DNA of 64,000 bases from a virus. Each line of letters opens with the position of its first letter. The first letter of the stretch is position 1. The stretch covers positions 1-64,000 of IMG/VR virus record IMGVR_UViG_3300047444_000617; one strand, written 5' to 3'. Position numbers and translations under genes: made by a program. This document shows positions 25,803-36,929 of the stretch, in pieces. Under the pieces are notes generated by a model. That model searched no databases. It had not been told where the DNA came from and saw only the letters and a program-made list of their open reading frames with translations.

Positions 25803-26929
25803 CAGGCGGTGTCCTCGTTGGCGTTCGAGAACGGCTTGTCGTAGTCCGGCCGAACTGCCTTCCACAGCCGCTCGGAGACGTCCTTGCCGTCGTACATCCC
25901 GAACAGCACGTCCTTGTACGGCGAGTGCAGGGCCAGCAGCGCGAACTCCTTGCGCCGCTTGGCTGCGTCCTCCTCCGGGCGCCGGACACGCCGCATGATC
26001 CACTCGAACGCTTCGTTCGCCTCGTTCTTCCTGTCCTCGAAGGCGCGCTCCAGGGCCTGGGCCTGCTTGTGCACCCAGTCGTAGAACTCGTCCGGCACGT
26101 GGTCGATGAACGCCGCGATGCCCTGTCCGTGAGCCAGGGCGTCCCACACCGAGATGCTGCTGACGTTGGTCAGGATGCGGTGCAGCCGCACGTACTCGTC
26201 GAACTTGATCTTCACCCGCATGTCGCTGCCGAGGAAGCGGACGACGAACCCCTCCTCGTTGGCCTGCTGGGCGGCGGCCAGCACGTCGGCGAGGGTCTCG
26301 AACCGCCGGATGTGGGTGTTGACCGGGCCGGGGAAGTCATAGGTGTTGAAGATGCCGAAGTGGTCGTCCACGAAGGGCAGCGTCCGGCCGGTCTCGGTGT
26401 CGAGGACGGCGATCAGGACCAGGTCGTCCATGTCCTTGTAGTCGACGACGATGCGGTTGCCCGGATAGACGATCTCGAAGAGGTACGTCAGTCCGCCGAT
26501 CGGCTCGAACTCGGGGTACCGGGTGCGCAGCACTTCCGTGGCGTGTAGCGCCTGCGGGGAGGTGAAGGAGCCACGCGTGGCTATCGCGGACTCCCCGGTA
26601 TGAAGCGAGTACAGGACGCCGAGTGACCCGTCCCACTTGATCGCTGCCTCCACCGGCACGCTCATCAGCCGCGCCTGCTCGTCGGAGGGGATCTGCGACC
26701 AGTTGAAGAACTTCTCGAACGGCCGCGAGACGATCTCGTCGGTGACCGCGTTGACGATCAGCCCCCGGGTCTTCTTGGTGACCTCGTTCCACGCGCTGTC
26801 GTACTGCGCCTTGTTGGTGTAGTTGAGGATCACCAGCGGTTCGGTGGGATGGTTCTGGATGCGCACGTATCCGGCGTTGACGTTGTCGTAGAGCGCGGAC
26901 TTGTCGATGACGTCATACAGGTTGGTCAT
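25802..26929 (-). CDS. RNA ligase (Rnl1-like)
   Basis: RPFEKFFN, KWDGSLG, ATRGSF, FEIV, EGFVV, KIKFDEY. Confidence 0.9.
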   Translation of the reverse strand: MTNLYDVIDKSALYDNVNAGYVRIQNHPTEPLVILNYTNKAQYDSAWNEVTKKTRGLIVNAVTDEIVSRPFEKFFNWSQIPSDEQARLMSVPVEAAIKWDGSLGVLYSLHTGESAIATRGSFTSPQALHATEVLRTRYPEFEPIGGLTYLFEIVYPGNRIVVDYKDMDDLVLIAVLDTETGRTLPFVDDHFGIFNTYDFPGPVNTHIRRFETLADVLAAAQQANEEGFVVRFLGSDMRVKIKFDEYVRLHRILTNVSSISVWDALAHGQGIAAFIDHVPDEFYDWVHKQAQALERAFEDRKNEANEAFEWIMRRVRRPEEDAAKRRKEFALLALHSPYKDVLFGMYDGKDVSERLWKAVRPDYDKPFSNANEDTA

Positions 26930-26949
26930 GCAGTTCTCCTGGTGGTGGG

Positions 26950-27195
26950 TTACAGGCGCTGGTCGAGGGCCGTGACGACCCGGTCGGCGAACATCTCGAA
27001 GAACAGGTCGGGGAGGTGGGAGAAGTCGCCGCCGAGCCACGCCCGAGCGGTCTCCTCGACGATCTTCTGGGCCTTCTCGCGGTCGTCGGCCTGCCGCTTC
27101 AGCCAGGTGCCCCCGACGCTGTCCTTGGGGAGCGCCGCGTGGCTGAGGTTGGTCCACGTCTTACCGGCGCGCGTCTCGGCGGGGATGGTGTTCAT
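26950..27195 (-). CDS. Hypothetical protein
   Basis: Packed ORF with RBS. Confidence 0.55.
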   Translation of the reverse strand: MNTIPAETRAGKTWTNLSHAALPKDSVGGTWLKRQADDREKAQKIVEETARAWLGGDFSHLPDLFFEMFADRVVTALDQRL

Positions 27196-27198
27196 GGG

Positions 27199-27612
27199 TC
27201 AGCCTTCCTGCTGCGTCTTCTTGGCGGCCTTCTTGGCCTTCTTCACGCGGGCCTGGTGGTCGCGGGCGTCCAGGTCGTTCTCGACCTCGTCCAGCGCCTC
27301 CCCCAGCAGCTCGACGAAGCGGTACACCGCGCCCTTGAGAACCTCCGCCTTGTGGCGGGCGTTCTGCGCGTCGGCGCGCAGGGTGTCACGCTCCTTCTGG
27401 GTGTCGGTCTTGCCGAAGACACCGAAGTCGAGCGTCACCTTTCGGGAGCAGTCCTGGATCTCGAACGTTGCGCCGAAGTCCAGGTAGTCGTCGCTGTCGT
27501 CTCCGTCGTTGATCTCCGCGAGGACCGCGCCCAGCGAGTGGTGGCCCGGGTTGTTCAGGAACTCGCGGATGTACAGGCGGCGGTCGTCGCTGGCGGCGGG
27601 CTCGTTGCTCAT
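27199..27612 (-). CDS. Hypothetical protein
   Basis: AGGAG RBS; promoter TTGCGA-N17-TAGATT at 27676-27704. Confidence 0.65.
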   Translation of the reverse strand: MSNEPAASDDRRLYIREFLNNPGHHSLGAVLAEINDGDDSDDYLDFGATFEIQDCSRKVTLDFGVFGKTDTQKERDTLRADAQNARHKAEVLKGAVYRFVELLGEALDEVENDLDARDHQARVKKAKKAAKKTQQEG

Positions 27613-27819
27613 ATGTGCTGTGCTCCTAGCGAGGTCTCTCCGGGGACCGGCTTCCCGGCCCTCCCGACACGCATGAATCTATAACCTCGATACGGTAATC
27701 GCAAGTGCTTCCGAAAGACTTCTTGCGATTACCGCATGGCGTGGATCACACAAGAAGACCCCCACCAGGAGGGGTTTCCCGGTGGGGGTCTTCGAGGGGT
27801 CAGAGCAGAGAGGTGCCCG

Positions 27820-28494
27820 TCAGACCTTCCGCAGGTAGTTGATGAAGTCCTGCAGCCGGTCGGTGCGCGGGCGCGGTGGAAGGATGCCTGTGCGGTCGTT
27901 GAAGGTGTCGAAGGCCTTCCAGAACTCCTTCTCGATCTGCTCGCCGGTCATCTCGTCGAACGCCCAGTAGAACTCCGGGTCCGGAACCTTGACCGTCAGC
28001 GTGCCGAACTCCAGCAGTTGCTGGCCCTGGCGCAGCAGCCGGAAGCAGTGCCGGGCGTGCTTGGCCACCCTCTTCTGCCGGGCCTCGTTGGCCAGCTCCT
28101 GCTTGATGCGCTTGATCTGGCCCATGGCGTAGCCGCCGTAGGCGGAGCGAACGTACGGCTCGGACAGGAAGTCCTGGCGGATGTCGACCAACCACTCCCC
28201 CTCCCAGGACGTTTGCTCGTACTCCGCCAGGTACATCAGGTCCATGATCGTGGGGTTGCACTTCAGGGCCAGGTCGATGTACTTGCCGACCTCGTGCATC
28301 GTGCTGTCGGGGGCCGTGGTGACCACCGAGTCCGTGTGCTTGGCCCCGATGGTGAAGAAGTCCGCAGTGGGGCGGGCGAAGATGCCCAGCCGGTCGACGT
28401 CCGACCCCTCCCGGGCGAGGCCGAAGGCAGTACTGCCCACGACACCGGTCAGCAGGATGTTGCGCGGCTGGAGTTCGCGCGGTCCGAGAGCCAT
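27820..28494 (-). CDS. Pol-beta superfamily nucleotidyltransferase (RlaP/YcgL-like)
   Basis: GSTAFGLAREGSDVDRLGIF, NPTIMDL, KHARHCFRLL. Confidence 0.85.
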   Translation of the reverse strand: MALGPRELQPRNILLTGVVGSTAFGLAREGSDVDRLGIFARPTADFFTIGAKHTDSVVTTAPDSTMHEVGKYIDLALKCNPTIMDLMYLAEYEQTSWEGEWLVDIRQDFLSEPYVRSAYGGYAMGQIKRIKQELANEARQKRVAKHARHCFRLLRQGQQLLEFGTLTVKVPDPEFYWAFDEMTGEQIEKEFWKAFDTFNDRTGILPPRPRTDRLQDFINYLRKV

Positions 28495-28955
28495 CAGAGG
28501 TAGTAGTCCTGGCTGAGGTCGTAGTCCTCAGCATCCTCCGCCGCGTACTCGGCGGCCTCCTCGTACCCCTCCAACGCCGTCTTGAGTGCCCGGCCCCAGG
28601 TGCTCCCCTCGTCCTGATTGGACTGCGCGAGGGTCAGCAGATACTGCGTCTCCACGTCAACCTCGATGACCAGTCCGGACACCAGATCGGCCACGTCGGT
28701 GGTGTTGCTGACCTCCCCGAGTTCCAGGGCCTTCAGCGTGATGCCCTTGTAGGAGAGCACGTGGCCGACCATGCAGGACGGGCAACCCGTCGCCGGGTCG
28801 AAGTACACACACTCGCCATCGACAGTGGTGTAGGTGTAGTTCTCGCCCTTCTCCTTCACCGTCCGCGCGAGCAGGTCCTTGGCATCCTGCAGCGTGATCT
28901 CGACGGGAAGGGAGGGCGGGGCCTCCGGGGTATGAAGCGTGGCGTTGTCGGTCAC
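28494..28955 (-). CDS. Hypothetical protein
   Basis: CVYF...PSCMVGHVL...AQSNQD; promoter TTGACA-N18-TAACTT at 28991-29020. Confidence 0.65.
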   Translation of the reverse strand: MTDNATLHTPEAPPSLPVEITLQDAKDLLARTVKEKGENYTYTTVDGECVYFDPATGCPSCMVGHVLSYKGITLKALELGEVSNTTDVADLVSGLVIEVDVETQYLLTLAQSNQDEGSTWGRALKTALEGYEEAAEYAAEDAEDYDLSQDYYL

Positions 28956-29027
28956 TGAGGCTCCTCGTGGTGGTGATTAACAGTGATTTGAAGTTACCTA
29001 TTCACAGTTACCGTTGTCAAGGGGTCT

Positions 29028-29276
29028 CTACGACGGCTCGACGCTCTCCAGCAGGGCCTTCAGGCGCTCGCCGAACTCGTTGACGGTCTTCTCCCGCAGC
29101 CGCTCCTCGGTGGCCATGTAGTCGACGTCGTCGTTGGTGGCGCGCTCCATGAGCACGACGTCTCCGACGGAGATGGTGCACGTGAACTCGCGGAAGCCGG
29201 TCCATCCGGCACTGCGCCAGGACTCCGTCGTGACAACGCGGATGATCGGGGTGGGGATCTCGATGGAGTCGGGCAT
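29028..29276 (-). CDS. Hypothetical protein
   Basis: GGAGG RBS. Confidence 0.55.
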   Translation of the reverse strand: MPDSIEIPTPIIRVVTTESWRSAGWTGFREFTCTISVGDVVLMERATNDDVDYMATEERLREKTVNEFGERLKALLESVEPS

Positions 29277-29325
29277 GTTTCCTCCGGGGATGGGGCGGGG
29301 CCCGGTCTCCCAGGCCCCGCGATTT

Positions 29326-30012
29326 CTACAGCGACTCGGGGTGGAACAGGTTCCGCCCCTTCTCGTCCTTGGCGGCCGGAGTGAGCTTGCCCCGGTCGAC
29401 CCATGTGCTGATCGTGCTCGGGCTCACCTCAAGCAGCTCGGCCATCTGTCTCGCGGTGAGCAGGGCAGGCTCAGGGCTGTCTCGCCGGTCCGCCAGGACT
29501 CCGCTCAGCCGCTGGAAGGTCAGCGCGGCCAGGTGCGTGCCGAGGGCGATACAGACGGTCGGCGCGGCCGACGCGAGGATCACGTGTCCCCACGTCGTAG
29601 CGTCCGACTGCCCGGTCACTCCCGCGTACGCGGAGCCGTGGGCGACGTTGAGCACGAGCGAGATGGCCGTGAGACCGACCACCGTGCCGATCGCCCACCG
29701 GTATCCCGGGGATCCGATCAGCGCCAGCGAGGCCACCACCGCCAGCCCGTCCAGCCCGTCGATGACCAGGGGGTAGAACTCCCGGACCTCGTGCAGGCCG
29801 ATCCCGTCGGCGGTGTCTCGAAGGGGCACCCAGCTCACCCTCATGCCGACCAGCGCCACGAACGCCAGCGCCACCAGGATCGTGGAGAACCCGATGACCA
29901 GACCGGTCGCGTGCAGGCCGCCAAGCGGGCGAGACGGGGGTGAGACAGGCTGTGTCTCAGACTTGCTCGCGCGGTGCTCGCGCCAGCTCCGGATAGGGTT
30001 GGGGAGTCCCAT
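29326..30012 (-). CDS. DUF2637-like membrane protein with C-terminal MerR/excisionase-like HTH
   Basis: TM helices with YPLVIDG, SLVLNVAH; LLTARQMAELLEVSPSTISTWVDRGKL. Confidence 0.7.
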   Translation of the reverse strand: MGLPNPIRSWREHRASKSETQPVSPPSRPLGGLHATGLVIGFSTILVALAFVALVGMRVSWVPLRDTADGIGLHEVREFYPLVIDGLDGLAVVASLALIGSPGYRWAIGTVVGLTAISLVLNVAHGSAYAGVTGQSDATTWGHVILASAAPTVCIALGTHLAALTFQRLSGVLADRRDSPEPALLTARQMAELLEVSPSTISTWVDRGKLTPAAKDEKGRNLFHPESL

Positions 30013-30089
30013 GAGGTGTGCACAACCTCCCGTTGTTGGGACAGGGCCCCGGTCGACCTGCCAGTCGGCCGGGTGCCCGCATACCTCTC

Positions 30090-31708
30090 CTAGGTATGAA
30101 GCCTGGCCGACTGCAGGTACTCGTCAACCCCGCCGTCCCAGTAGGGCTGGAAGACGTAGCCGGTGAGCGTGTTGTACAGCGCGCTGCTGGCGACCCCGCC
30201 ACCGGCGGGCATCACCTTCTCGGCCGTGACGCTGGACTGCTGGCCGGTGAACTTGGCGATGAAGGCGGCCTCCTCCACCGACATGCGCAGCGTCACCGAC
30301 TCAGGCTCTCCAGCGTCGTTGAACTCGATTCCCTTGATCGTTGCCATCTACCTGTCCTCCAGGCTGATCTCGATGCTGTTGCCAGACTGCGGCTTGACGA
30401 CCAGGCCGCCGCTGGCGTGGACGGTCAGTTCCCGATCCCGGAGGGTCACGTGGAAGTAGGACCAGTAGTCCGGGTGCTTCTTGCCCTTGAACCGGAACTC
30501 GATCGGGGTGTACGCGTCGATTTCCAGAAGGCGACGGTTGACGCTGAACGGGTCGACGACGACCGGGCTGTCCTCGGAGACGTCCTCGTTGAGCAGGGCC
30601 CGGACGGCGGCCAACTCGTCCTCCAGGCGCTGGATCCGCTCGTCCCTCGCACGCAGGCGGTCCTTGACCCACTTCGGCAGGCGCTCGAACCTCGGGTCTT
30701 CCGTGACGGGAGCGTTCATCGCTTCTTCAACTCCGATATCCGATTCAGCGTGTACTCGATGGAGTTGCCGCCGATACCGGCGTTGGCCACGACCAGTTGC
30801 AGGACGGACAGTTCGAAGGCGTCGATCGCTTCGTGCACCTCGTCACCACCTACTCCGAAGTCGGTGCTGCCGACCCCGTGCAGGTGCTCGCGGGCGTCGT
30901 CGCGCTCCTTCTGGCGGTCGATGCGAGCCATTACCAGGTCCCTCCCTTCTTGGCCGTCTCCCAGGACGACTTGGACACGCACACGCTGCCGGTCTTCTTG
31001 CCGTCCCGCAGGTCCAGCCGCCAGCAGGCGTCGTGGTGGTCGGTGACCGGGATGTACGCGCTGACCACCTGCATGCAGACCTGCGTGGTACCTGACCCGC
31101 TGCACTGCGAGGTGTAGATCGGCATCATCCACGAGTCGTCGTGGGCGGGGTCGTAGTGCTTGCCGGTGACCGTTCCGTGCGTAAGCGGCGGCTCGGCGCT
31201 GCAGCCGGTGAGGACAAGTGCCCCCGCGAGCGCGGCCGTAGCCGCGTAGATATGAAGCCGCTTCATGCGGCCCTCCCTTTCAGTCCTTGTACGGGTGCCA
31301 GTGCGAGGCATCCCGATGTTCCAGTTCCTTGGCCACGATCGTGGGCCAGTCGGTCTTCTGGTGCGTCAGCGGAGTGTTCGGCTCCCGCTCCCAGTCCGGC
31401 GCTCCCCGCCGCTCGCACAGCAGCGCCTCCCGAAGGCACTCGCCGCACACGTCGGCAGTGGTCGGCTGGTAGCGGTCCTTCGGCGCGACACCCTCGTGGA
31501 GGTCCGAGTGCCGCCAGTAGGCCTCCATCAGGAGGCGGTCCCAGTCGACGGCCATTGCCACGCGCTCCAGGACCGCCATCATCGCGTCCTCGACCTGGTC
31601 GTAGTCGTCGGTCGGCATGTTCACCGTCTCGCCGGTCAAGCCGTTCCACTGCTGGTTCCCGAGAACGTCCTGGGTCAGCACCTTCACGACCGCCATACGG
31701 TTCGGCAT
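30090..31708 (-). CDS. Run of small hypothetical genes (30090-30347, 30348-30719, 30716-~30930, lipoprotein 30931-31266, 31280-~31696)
   Basis: Tightly coupled ORFs; 30931-31266 has lipobox LTGC. Confidence 0.55.
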
Positions 31709-31781
31709 GGTTCCTCCGTTGATCCGGGAGCTAGGAGGCCCGGCCCGCAGGCGATAAGCCCACGGGCCAGGCGAGGGACTG

Positions 31782-32297
31782 CTAGTGCTTCATCACCTGC
31801 AGCAGGTCGAGGTTCGTGACCTCCCACGGGGCGTCGTCGTAGCCCTTCAGCCGACGAATCGCCGTCTTGCGCAGAGACGCGCAGAAACTGTGCGCCTCCG
31901 ACGTCTCCCAGCCGGGGTGCTCGCAGGACTGGTACTCGAAGCCGTCGAGCGCCTTCAGCACCGCGACGGGGTTCGGGACACCGGGGAGGCGGCGGAAGAG
32001 GTATGGCTGCTCCCACTCCTCCTCGTTGTAGCGGTGGTTGACCGACCGGGCGTTCTCGGCCCACAGCATCGCGCCGACCCAGCCGGTGTTCTTGTCGGTC
32101 AACTCCCGGCGCAGCTCGCCGTAGACGGACATCGCTCCCGGACCCCATGCCTCACCCGGGCGGTAGGCGACGTCCTTCTCCTCATCCGTCAGCGGACGGA
32201 CGAACCAGCGCAGCTTGCTGTCCAAGCGGCTGGTGAGCGACAACCCGGCATTTACCAGGAAGTGGATGTGCGCCTCGTCGACAACGTAGGCAGACAC
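31782..32297 (-). CDS. Conserved phage hypothetical protein
   Basis: ENARSVNHRY and YQSCEH motifs. Confidence 0.65.
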   Translation of the reverse strand: MSAYVVDEAHIHFLVNAGLSLTSRLDSKLRWFVRPLTDEEKDVAYRPGEAWGPGAMSVYGELRRELTDKNTGWVGAMLWAENARSVNHRYNEEEWEQPYLFRRLPGVPNPVAVLKALDGFEYQSCEHPGWETSEAHSFCASLRKTAIRRLKGYDDAPWEVTNLDLLQVMKH

Positions 32298-32475
32298 ATA
32301 ACCCCTCGCACTTTCTGTCAGTTGATCTTGTCGGCGCACCGCGCGCCATTCGGGCATTCCTTGCGCGGGAAGCCATCCCCGCAGAGGTTCGGGTCGATAC
32401 CGATACCGGCGCCCAGGTCGCCGACCTCCAGTGGGCCCTCGTCGTGTGCCCCTCGGTCGACCGCGTTCTCGTACA

Positions 32476-34485
32476 TCAGCCAGTCGCCTTCTCCAGGCGC
32501 TCCCAGACGGGGCCCCAGGCGGTGAGACTGACCTCCTGCATCGCCGACTCCTTCAGGACGAAGTCCGAGTGCAGGAGGCAGTTCTCCAGGACGCCGTCGG
32601 AGGTCCGGACGTCTCCCCGCCAGTTGCCGGTGGGCGCCTGCGTCAGCGTGAGGATGATCCCCGGCACCAGGCTGTGGCCGTTGGGCATGATCGCGATCCG
32701 GTCCCCGACCTTGTGCGGCGACTTGTTCGCCATTTCAGCCTCCCCATTCAGTGTTACCGCTTCGAACAAGTAAGACTCTATGGGTAGCAACTACTTATGT
32801 CAAGCACCTAGTTGAGATGACTAGCTTGGACTGGGGCATGAAGATGCCCCCCACCAGAAACTGCAGGTGAGGGGCTTGTAGGTGTGGACAATCAGGCGCT
32901 ACGACGGATCCTCCGAGCACCTTCGTCGGAGAGCATCACGGTGTCGGCCGCGCCCCCTCCGTACGCGAGGATCACCTTCTCCTCGCCCAGCTCCCCGCAC
33001 GCGGCGTCCAGCAGCACACGCACGGCGTCCGTCGGCTTGTTGACCTCGACGGCCAGGTCCTGCAGAGAAATCATGTCAGTGCTCCTTCGTTGTCAGGCGG
33101 GGACTCTCGTGATGGTGACGCGAGGCTGGCCGACCTTGTACGCCACCTCGCAGGTGTATCCGCGTGTCTGCAGGACGGACTGGATCCCCTCCAGCCGCTC
33201 CATGCGCAGATGGTGGTCGTCTATGTCCCGCTGCACACCGGCCTCAGCGTTCTCGCGGTCGTCCGGACGACCCCACATAATCGCGGCCTCGCCGAGCCCC
33301 TGGAACAGGAAGACCTTCCATCCTGCCAGCCCGCTGCCAGTCGGCGAGAACGGGTACCCCTCCGGCTCCAGGACGGCCGCCAGCCGGGCCTCCAGGTCCT
33401 GCTGCTCGATCACGTCAGTCCTCCCTCGCGGCCTGCTCGGCCGCCTTCGCGCGGATCCGTGCCAGACCCTCCTGGGGGTCGTAGTCCTTGAACTGGTCAG
33501 GCATCCGCACCGTCGTCAGCAGCGCGTCCACCGCCGCCAACCCGAACAACTGCCAGGGGACATCCCGGTTCAGTACCTCAGCCAGCCAGTCCGGGCCCTC
33601 GAAGTCCTCGTCGTTGACCGGGCCGCTGTACAGGCGCTCAGCCCACCGCGTGCCCAACCTGTCGTCCTTGCGGTACAGGCGCCCCTTCACGGAGAACGTG
33701 TCCACCACCCACTCGGCATCCACGCGGTTCACGTGTACCCACACCTGCTCGGGGAGGATCTCCTGCGCGAGGTTGATACGCAGGCGCTCGCCCTCCTCCG
33801 GTTGCAGAGGGAGCCACATGCGGACTGTGCCCTCGACCTGGAAATCGCCGTCCGTCTTCAGCCGTGCCATGACCTAACCCTCCACTCCGGCCAGCTTCTC
33901 CAGCCGCGCTACGCGAGCCTCCAGGGACATGTCCGCCTTCTTCGGCGGCTCAGGCAGGACCCATCCGTTGGCGCGGTCGGCCCACTCCTGGCAGATGTCC
34001 AACAACCACTCCGGGGCGGCGTTGACCTCGTTCATCATGTCCGAGAACAGGGTGGAGTACTCACGGGTCGTGGTTACCTTCCCGTCCTTGACCTTCGGAC
34101 CCCACACAGCAGCGCTCGACACGCACCAGACGCCTGCCCTGTTGGGCGTGAGGTCGATCGTCACGGACTTCGGACGCACCATCGGATACCCCCGGGCCTG
34201 GGCGTCCGGAGCAGGGTCGACCAACTCGACAGGGATCTGCCACCGAGCGTTCCCGGAGACCCGATACCTGATACCGCCGGGTGACACAGGAGCCTCCTGC
34301 GTGCCCAGCTCCCACCCCTTATCCGTAAGTTGGTAGGCGACTTCATCGACCTCCTGGTACGCGATGCCCGCCTCGACGAGCCGCGCCAACACGGCCTCTG
34401 GTACGCCATGGAAGAACCCCCACGACGTTCGAACCGCGCTCCCGAACGCCTCACGCATCTCTGCGTCCATCTCGACAGCCATCAA
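32476..34485 (-). CDS. Run of small hypothetical genes (32476-~32733, 32892-33074, 33093-33413, 33415-33870, 33874-34485)
   Basis: Coupled ORFs with RBSs; promoter TTGACA-N17-TAGAGT at 32775-32803. Confidence 0.55.
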
Positions 34486-34519
34486 AGCCTCCCCGCCGTA
34501 GTTAAATCGCAGAAATTGG

Positions 34520-35005
34520 CTAGTGCTCCGCAGGTACCTCGCGCTGGCACCAGCCGCGTACGGCCTCGACGTCGCTCACGCACGAGAGCAGGTTCAGCGA
34601 CAGCGGGGTCCACGCGAACACCGCATCCTGCTCGAAGCGACGGCCGATCTCCACCGCCTTCGCGTCGCTCAGCCCGACCACGGCGACGCTGCGCTCGCTG
34701 TGCGTCCCGTCGGGATCTCCTCCGACAGCGGGGAACGTGAGGTCGACGTTCAGCAGCCGCAGTTCCCGGAGCAGCGCGCGGTGGGTGCGTTCGTTGTCCT
34801 CGTCCGACGCCGGTCGTCCGTAGGGGTTCGCGGCCGTGATCACGTGGATGGTCCGGCCGGAAGGCTCCGGGAAGTCGCCGCTCACCTGACCGACCTCGTC
34901 GGGGAGCACCCGAAGGGTGCGCCCGCCCATCTGGATGTCGACGGCGGCCTGCAGGTATGCGCCCCACTGATCCGGGACGGGACTATCACTCACGCCAAAC
35001 CCCAT
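34520..35005 (-). CDS. DUF3293-like protein
   Basis: VITAANPYG...N...L, E-x-S, GRRFEQDAVF. Confidence 0.7.
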   Translation of the reverse strand: MGFGVSDSPVPDQWGAYLQAAVDIQMGGRTLRVLPDEVGQVSGDFPEPSGRTIHVITAANPYGRPASDEDNERTHRALLRELRLLNVDLTFPAVGGDPDGTHSERSVAVVGLSDAKAVEIGRRFEQDAVFAWTPLSLNLLSCVSDVEAVRGWCQREVPAEH

Positions 35006-35021
35006 TATTGGTGAACTGTCC

Positions 35022-36928
35022 CTACAGGATACGCGGCTCGACCCGCTCCACCCTCGGGAAATGCATCGGCGGATGCCACACGACCAGGCGGCCCGATACT
35101 GGCAACACCGGTGCGCGCTCCGCGCTTCCCCCGCCGTACAACTCGCGGAAGTAATCGGCCTTGGCCATCCGGCGCAGCACCTTGTCTTCGACCTCGCGGT
35201 AGTCAATCTCCATCACGTCATCACCTTCTCGAAGTGCCACCACATGTCGTTGTAGTAGATCTGTACGCCCTTGAAGCGGTCGCGGTGGTACACGCCCCAG
35301 TCCATGAACGGGTCCACATGCTCCATGTGCGATTGGCCGATCTCGTCGGCTAGCTGGTCGCGGCAGACCCCGAAGAGGCTGCTGTACGCCGACCCCTTGA
35401 AGTTGTCCAGCGCCCGCTCGAACTCGGCGGCCGACCACGCTCGATCGGCGTTGTTCTCGAACTCCAGGTACGAGCAGAGCACGAGCGCGAAACCCTCCGT
35501 CTCACGCTCGCTCTTCTCCAGGGCCGTCCGCCATTGCGGGTCGTCAATGCCGAGCAGGCCGTTGTAGGCCAGCCGGATCTGCGCGGGCGTGTAGTTCACC
35601 GAGTCGATCATCCCTGCTCCCACGGCTCCTCGATCCCCAGCGTGCGCATCAGTTCGTCGCTCTCGGCTTTCGCTTTCACCGGGTCCGCCTCGTCCTCACG
35701 GAGCAATTCCAGGTACCCGGCGGCGTCCTCGTCACCGGCCTCCGCCGCGCGCTCCCACCATGGCTGCGCCTTCTCCACTGTGTACAGCAGCTCGGTGAGT
35801 TCGGCGATCGTCCGCAGTTGGGCAGGATCGTACGGTTCCCCCTGCTCCAGCAGCGCGGTGAGCGCGCTCCGCGCGTCCTCCTGGTTCTCGCTCACCCCTG
35901 GGTTCTCCATTTCCGGATCTCGCGCTTGATCTTCTTGATTGCCGGGGAGCCCAGGTCCTCACCCATGTCGATGCCCCGGCCGTCGTCCAGGACCCGCTTC
36001 TCCAGGCGGTCCCAGACGTCCTCCCAGTCGATCGGGCCGTCGTCATACCAACCCCCAACGATGTCCTGCACAGCCTCCAGCACCTCGTCGGTGACGTCCT
36101 CCGCCTCAACGATCCGATGGTCCTCGCTCACTTGATCTCCCCGCGCACGGCCCGCTCCATCACGTCGAGCAGGGCCTCCAGAACCGCGATCGGCTTCTTG
36201 CCCCCGCGCCACGCCTCGATACCGTGCAGCCGCAAAGCCGCCTCCAGTCCTTCCCGTGACTGCTCGGCCGCCCAGTCCTCCGGCTTCCACAGTTCGGAGT
36301 GGCCGTAGTTGTCGTTGAAGACGCCGCTCTCGATCCGGTAGGCGTCCGTACCACGCGACGGGATCTCCTCCCACCGCAGGATATGAACCAGCGTGCGGCC
36401 GACCTTGTGCACCTTCACCGTGCGGGGCTCCTGCTCCTTCTCGCGCCTGCCCCCGTACTTCGTGACGAGCAGCAGCTCGTCGCCCGCTTTCACGCCGTCC
36501 AGATTGCCCATCTCAGTACTCCAGACTCTTGAAGGTGTTCAGCGTCGCGGCCACGCTGTCGGCGGTGGCTACGTCCTTGTACGTGGTCACCATTTGCGCG
36601 CCGCTCTTCCCCCGGTAGCGGTGCTCCCTTATCACCGCATAGATCGGCTTGCCGTCGTCCCCGACGCGCGACTCGACCGTGTACCCGGTGGTGATCCTCT
36701 TGTCGACCGGCACTGCTAGCGCTCCCCGTCGTCCAGGACCGTCTGGCCGTCGAGGCTGGTCACGATCCAGGCCGTACCCGGCCGACTGGCCCATCCGCCA
36801 GTCACCCACTTCTGCTTCGCCTTCGACCAGCGTGCCTCGACCGCGATGCCACGCAGTTCCTTGGCCCGCTTCCTCGCCTCGCCCTGCTCCATGCCCTTAG
36901 CCATGACCAGCTCCTCCGCCGTCCTCAA
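35022..36928 (-). CDS. Run of small hypothetical genes (35022-~35216, 35213-35623, 35608-35910, 35892-36131, 36128-36511, 36513-~36713, 36716-36928)
   Basis: Coupled ORFs behind promoter TTGACG-N17-TACGGT at 36939-36967. Confidence 0.55.
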
Positions 36929-36929
36929 T

